From assembly GCA_030704615.1 (NCBI GenBank), contig CM060732.1, positions 4,960,001 to 5,024,000 on the forward strand: a DNA stretch of 64,000 bases, given 5' to 3'. Numbering within the stretch: the first letter of the stretch is position 1; each line of letters opens with the position of its first letter. The translations under genes and the position numbers were made by a program. Positions 57,698 to 64,000 of this stretch are shown here, in pieces. The DNA comes from Takakia lepidozioides. Taxonomy: Eukaryota; Plantae; Bryophyta. The notes beneath the pieces are model-generated. The model worked only from the letters and a program-made list of their open reading frames with translations. It was not told where the DNA came from and made no database searches.

Positions 57698-60433
57698 ATG
57701 GATTATGATTATCGCAAGGAAGATTTGAGACCTCAACTCACGGGCTATGATGTACCAAGAACCGCATACCAACCGCGCTACGATAGGGCGGGGAGCACAC
57801 AGGGGACAAATTCATCGTTTTACCCTCGAGTGGCACAACCCGCAGGCCCCCCCATGAGTCGACCACCACCGCCTGTCCCTAAGTCGAGTTCTTCTCCATG
57901 TAAGTTCTTTCATATGACGAGTCGGCTGTTAGCCAGGGTTGGAAGCTCACGGGCCGCTGATGATTGTATGCCGGGGAACACCTGAAGACGCCATAAATTG
58001 GTACAATTGATACCAGACTGAACATAGGGGGCTGTGCCAGATTTTCCTGATTGACTTGCTAGTTGGTATGGGTACTCACTCGCTGAGTGGCTGATGGTTG
58101 GCAATGTTATTTATGTATGATTTGTATTGGATTGGTTTCGATGCATAATCAACTAATATTTATAGGTAATATTTTTCACGATGTAGGTCTTATCCTTTCT
58201 GAAGGATTGGTGTCTGGGTCTTCATGGCAATTCTCGGAATTCGTATCTACATCCGCACGCAAACTAGAAGTGAAACTATGATAAGTGCCAAGGGAGTTGT
58301 GGTGCATAACTATGATCAGCTTCCAGCGAAGTAATTGTGAGGTGTACTATTGTAGCATCGCTTTGCCAGAGTTTTTTTCCATCTCTCATCACCTCTCTGT
58401 TGGTGTTATGATACGTCAGAGACACGTCTAGAGCCATGAGGGTTTAGGTCGGATCCATGGGTTTTGGCCATTTGGCATCTGTGAACCCTAAATTGTGCAC
58501 CATGTGCTGTTGGAGGAGGTATAGCAGTGATCCTCGGAATGGCAAGCCTTAGAATCTAAGCCCCCATGGAATTGACTTGACAAGATGACCTAGTTAAAAC
58601 AATGTATCTGTACATTGCGTATTGTGTAGTTAGGAAGGCTGGCCTCTCTATGTAGTAAAAGGGTGGAAAGTGTGGGTACATGGTTGCAGCGGGAATGGGT
58701 ATCAGAGTGGCCATCAAACCCGAGTACCAAGTGGGTCTCCCGGTATACCCCCTTCTTGTTTCTCCTTCTAAATATTGATTCACTATTGCTTTTTGGGTCG
58801 CACGAATCTAACGATGCTATTGTCTATGTGCTGAAAATCATATGTGTAGTGTTAACCTCGACACTACACCTTGTCTTTGACTCCTGTGGATGACAAATGA
58901 CAGGTGCAATTATCACCACAAGAGGTGGAGGTACCCCGCTGCCTGTTCCAGTTTGACTTTGAGCTAGAGCGTCGCATCCTAGCTGAGGCTGAAAGCCGGG
59001 GGCACTCTTGGAGTAGGAGTGCTGTGGACAACTCTCGGAATGGGGGCGAACCAAACCTTTCCTTGGTAAATGTCTTTTGCTCCCCTGTGTTTCAAGAGGA
59101 TCAATTGAGTCCAGCTCCACACATCAGACCTTCTCTTGAACTACTGATTTCTCTTCATAGCCCCTGAAATGCCAACAAAACAGTAAACACTGTGATGTAA
59201 TTCAATGAAAACCAACCAAAAAATCTGCCAGTAACCATAGTGTTGAGGAGACTTGAGTCATCAATGTCAAACTCTGGAATGATTTCAAATAAGCACTTGA
59301 GTTTCAGAGCCTCAGTGACATGTCCACAGTGAATGGGAATTCACAACCCTATGCCTTTGAGTGATGACAAGCCAAGGCTTACGAATGTGTAAAGTAAGGC
59401 TTAATATATATTATGCTGCTTGATTTACAGCCTCTAGACAACAATCCCTAAGGGGTCCAGTCCTCTCATGAAGGTAGGTAGTTGAAGGTCTTCCTTTCGT
59501 TCTGGATTGAGTATTCTTCAGGCTATAAACTCTCTGGGACCTTTTAGTGATATTTTGGCCCATCTACATCTCTTTCTTTGAAGAGGCTAGCAAGCAGAGG
59601 ATTAATGTGTGAGGATGGCATGCATCTGTGAAGGGCATAGTGGAAGACCCAGTTGTCAGCAAATATGTTGCCATGGGGCTCGGCAAGGAAGCAGTGGTTT
59701 TGGCAATAGCAAGCTTCGGAGATGTTCAGAACAAGGTAGGTGTAAGGGTGTCACACACCTCTGTCTCTCTCTCGCCCGGTGCTGTTAACACTCAACCATC
59801 TCTATTTCTGTGTTAAGCAACTTATTCCATTCTCGGGCCAGCTAATACTAGGAAGGCTTTCAATTAGCACTTCATTTTCATCTGGATCTTGCTGTGTTTC
59901 TTATGTTGAAAGCAGATCTCCCTTACACTTTTGGAAAGATACATGGACGATGTAGACCAGCTTTTATGGGAGAGACATTTGGTGTTTTGGGATGTAGGAG
60001 AAGTATGAATAAGATTGCCACTAATTGTTCGGGCGTGAACCTCATGCTCGCATGCAAAGGGGAAGAGGCAGAACAGCATGTTTGTGTGAGGAAGAAGGGC
60101 CAGGGACAAAAAGATATTGTGACTTTCTGCAAGGGTTAAGGCGTTCCAGAACCTTACAAGTGTGCGATAACATACACACAACATTAAATCACTCTTCTGC
60201 TCATGACTTTACACTTGAATTGCGTTAGAAAGAGCAGCTTTAGAAGAGGAGAATAACATTGACGTAAGTGTGAATATGCCAATCTGCTGTGTGTCAATGT
60301 TTGAGTGCAGGTGTTTGGATTTTGTGCATCTTATAGTTTGTTGAGGGAGATGGGATTTCCTTCAGATGCCGTGGCAGGAGCTCTGGCAATGTACGATAAT
60401 GATAGAGAGCGAGCACTCTCTCACTTGGTTTAG
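57698..60433 (+). CDS. UBAP1/MVB12-like ESCRT-I associated protein (UMA + UBA domains), 5 exons, about 213 aa, intact
   Basis: Exons 57698-57899, 58690-58742, 58904-59065, 59634-59735 and 60311-60433, all GT-AG and in frame. Motifs: MDYDYR, GIRVAIKPEY, FQFDFELERRILAEAE (UMA), DPVVSKYVAMGL, LREMGFPSDAVAGALAMYDNDRERAL (UBA). Confidence 0.88.
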
Positions 60434-61819
60434 GCTTTGTTGGAGACAAACCTCTCATCCTTTACCCCCTTCCTTTCTGCCCCCTCTGTTTGCCCTGCCC
60501 TCTCTGCGTATGAGGTTGTACTATAGTAACGACATTGTCACTAATGTTATTGCTTTAGTTACTGGCTTTGAGACTGGAGAATTCACTAGGATTTGGAGAA
60601 ACGGAGAGTATTGTTTCTCTTCTCTCTCTTCCCACTATAGTAGGGTGTTGACATCTAAGTCGGCCTAGGAGAAAGCAGCTATACATCATTTGCAGGTATA
60701 TAAAATGTTTTTTTCTTTCTTTAAATGTAGAGAATGAGCTAGAAGTTTCACTCATGATTTGTTCTTCAGTAGCAGCGTGGGCCTCATTCAGTAGGGAGGA
60801 ACAGATAGATGTATAGATGTCTGCTGTACCTGCCCATTGCTCACTTCTTGACAGAGCACAAACTGGCCCTTGGAGAGAGAAGCGAGCATGGATCAGAAGA
60901 AAAACATCTGGCGTCGTTGGGTTATGTGGGATTCTAGACTAGTAGAAGCCCATGTTTGTCAATGCTTGAAACAAAGTTTCATTATTTTCTGTACTTCCTA
61001 CCAACCTCACTCCATTACAAGTGCATGGAGCAGAACATGCTGTATATGCATTTGGGTTAAGACACTACAGCATTTTGGGGTGCGTGCGATGGCCTGTCCC
61101 TAAACGTAGTTTTGGTTATCCCATGCAAAGCACTATGCGGATGTTGGTTTGAGGCGGACTTAAAAGAGTGACCCCGAGGGGTTGCTCACTTAAAACTACT
61201 CTGCCGTCGCTTTTGGAGCAACCCCTTGAGAGGTGCTTCTAATATGCGACACCAATACAAAGATCGCCCAGGGGGTCTCTTGAGTAGAGAGGAAGACTTT
61301 CTATCAATATTCTGCTCCCCTGGAAAACCTTAACCTACGGCGACCTCTTGGAAAATCCATGGAGCGACTCCTAGGATGCTGCAAGGTCAATCCCAAAGGT
61401 GACTGCCTGGAGTTGCATGGGTGCAAAAAAAGACGATTTGTGCGCGAATAAAGAAAAAGTGCATATATGGTTAAGAACAAGAAAACATATTTGTGACTAG
61501 GCTTAAAACAAGTGGCTAGTTGCATAACGGATCCACCCTACAAAGCCGAAATGCTAGTACTTGATTTTCTTGAAATCAAAATAATAAATGTCAACCCGCT
61601 GCCCTGCCCATGTGTGGGATTGTTCGTGACGGTATGTCTGGGCGTTGATCGTCTTGTAGGCCTCATGGCCCATAAATGAAAGAGGGTTAATTTTTCCCCC
61701 TCCTCAAGGGCCTGAATTGTGGGCTGTCGCTCCCAGGTTTCCTTTATTATATATATACAATTGGAACCTTCAGCACTGATAGTAATCCCTGAGGTTAATA
61801 ATTAACAAATAAAAGTGAT

Positions 61820-63560
61820 TTTTTTTATTTTTTATTTTTTTTAAAGAAAGGGGCTGATACTCTGCAAAAACTTTATTGGAGCGTCAAAACGAGCACAGAG
61901 AGGAGGAAAAAATAACCTCCTTAGGGGCCGTAAAGGCGTGTCACATGGGGAATCACCCAGCACTGATAGGAAGTAGGGGGGAGTTGTAGAATACTACTGA
62001 CCAAAAACCTTGGTTGGGGGGAGAGGGGGGATTGCAACGAGGCCTAACCACGAGTAAGGCCACCTAAAACGAAAAATCAGCCTAAGTATTTGGTTGTTTA
62101 AGCAGCTGCGGGGGGGGGGATAGTGATTCTATCACAAAACCAGCGAAGATGACTAGCCACCAAAGTTCAGCTGGAGCTTCGACTTTGCCGCACGCAGACT
62201 GAGATGTTTCCAGTTGACATCGGGCTCTTCCGACTCAGCAGGGGATTTGCCATTCCCTGGGGATGGCATCATGCCAAGTGATTCGCGAGTCCGAGATCCT
62301 GGTGCAGAGGATGCCGCCTTTTGCCCAGGAGAGGTCGAAGTCCGAGAATAATTGATTACACCTCCTGTCACTGCACCTGCCTGCAGCTGTTTGCAAAGAC
62401 ACCCAAGCCTTGCGCCCCTCAGTCATCAGATCAGCAAATAGTTTGTAAAGCACTAATCTGATGCTGGGGCTCTTCCCTTGAAATATCAGACTACATCTTG
62501 CCTTCCATAAAGACCAAAGGGTGTGGCCCCTCAAGCATCCCCATACTGGGCAGTTATTCTAGATGGAGCCACTGCGTAGATTAAGCAGAATAATGTGTGC
62601 ATCTCGTGGGGACACAACCTGCCACTGCGCATAGAATGCGGTCACCAGATGCCAGGTTCTAGCAGCTAGATTGCAGTTTGTGAAGGCATGCTCGATAATC
62701 TCACTTTGGTTGCAATTACAAACCACACAGGCAGGGTCAGCATCTGGAAGGCTGGCAGCCATTGGAAAAATTATGTTCGCCAACTTCCGTAAGAAAGCAC
62801 TGATTTTGGAGGAGCGGTGTTTGGCCCATATGTCCTTCCAAATTGAGTTCCATGCAGGGGGCTGCAAATCGAGGTTCCATTTATCTACAAAATTCGCCTT
62901 CCCGAGAAGCAACCTATACCCCGTTTTCACTGTGTAGCCCAGTAGTGGCGTGTTTTTGTCATCTTTCCATGACCAATCCCCCGGGTCCATCTGTAATCTA
63001 GAGAGCGGAAAGCATATAAACCAAATGAATTTGGATTTTCTAGCCCAACATATCTCTCCGCCCTGAGGAGGTGTTGGCACTGTGGACCCTGATAGAGTAT
63101 CGAAGACTCTAATTCTAATGGTGCAGCTCCCCTGTTCCGATTAGCACTAATCTCCCTGTGCCGGTTGCTTGGAAAAGCAGTCCGTTCCAATGAGTGCTTG
63201 TAGACGAAATTGCTAGGAGGGCCACTTGCCTGCCTCCTACCGAGCATCCGAACCAGACAGGCAAGCCATTACCAGTACAGGGTCCCCCTAGCAGGAGGGG
63301 CTGCACAAATTCTTATGATATCCCATCCGCTCCTGCTGGAGTTTGTGGATAAGAGGGAGGATAACAAGGGGAGGTCTAGAAACTGATTTTTTCCCAGATA
63401 TTGGCAATGTGTGAAAGCCCTTTTGTCCCCTAAGTTGCCCACTTTTTATGGAGGGTAGTCAGGGCTTCATTTTGCAAGTTGGGGTTCCCGAACAAGGGTT
63501 GGCGAATCGCCTCTTCAAAGCAGGTAGGTGCCCTTTGAGTAAGATGGGGCCTCATCACTT
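61820..63560 (-). mobile_element. LINE (L1-clade-like) 3' part: ORF2 C-terminal zinc finger, 3' UTR and poly(A)
   Basis: WKDIW...CVVCNCNQSEIIEHAFTNC (zf-RVT), WSLWKARCSLIFQGK; T-rich tract at 61820-61842 is the minus-strand poly(A). Confidence 0.8.
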
Positions 63561-63562
63561 TG

Positions 63563-64000
63563 TAATGCACCAGCAACCTTTCAGAGAATGATAAGTGAAT
63601 CTTTTCATGAGTATCTAGATGATTTCATGCAGGTGTTCTTGGATGATTTTAGTGTGTACAGCTCTAAGAATGAGCATTTGCATAAATTAGAGTTATGTTT
63701 GGCCAAATGCAGGATGAGAGGTCTGGGCCTGAATCGAGAGAAGTGTACTTTCTGTGTGAACTCAGGGGTGCTTTTGGGACACATTGTGTGTAAGAGGGGA
63801 CTTCTTGTGGATCCCAGAAAAATAGAGGCCATTAAAGCCTCTCCACCACCAGTAAATGTTAAGAGTCTAACGAGATTTCTTGGACAAACCAGTTATTACA
63901 GAAGATTTGTCAGACGGTATGCACAGATAGCAGCACCACTGAGCAAGCTTCTGAAGAAAGATGCAGTGTTTGCATGGACAGCTGAATGTCAACAGGCTTT
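63563..64000 (+). mobile_element. Ty3/gypsy RT fragment running off the window end
   Basis: NAPATFQRM...FMQVFLDDFSVY...LNREKC...LLGHIV...FLGQTSYYRRFV. Confidence 0.92.

Overview
This is nuclear DNA of a land plant, most likely a non-seed plant (bryophyte, lycophyte or fern grade; inferred from the PLS-class PPR-DYW editing-factor genes and the transposon families). It is dominated by transposons and pseudogenes. 1-27 kb is a nest of DNA-transposon and Ty3/gypsy remnants: two Mutator-like elements, each with a divergently oriented, intron-containing ParB/Srx-like (DGNHR) gene; a Sola-like DDD transposase; a perfect non-autonomous CACTA element; a truncated SET-domain gene; and a head-to-head pair of unknown paralogues. 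About 27.7-55.7 kb is a scrambled cluster of PLS-PPR/E/DYW pseudogene pieces whose N-terminal exons encode an OSB-type 'PDF' ssDNA-binding motif (WWDNR...PDFKH), in frame with the linker that leads into the PPR array. Inserted in one PPR gene is a young 12.6-kb Ty3/gypsy element (40881-53527). It encodes a DNMT3-like C5 cytosine methyltransferase between protease and RT and a PHD finger after integrase, has a self-complementary (tRNA-independent) PBS, and has a circularly permuted LTR layout (A...B-A-B) consistent with an integrated 2-LTR circle. The only clearly intact host gene is a 5-exon UBAP1/MVB12-like (UMA + UBA) gene at 57698-60433, followed by a LINE 3' end and another Ty3 RT fragment. 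Many single-base frameshifts may be long-read consensus errors rather than real decay. All domain calls are from motif recognition by eye; no searches were run.
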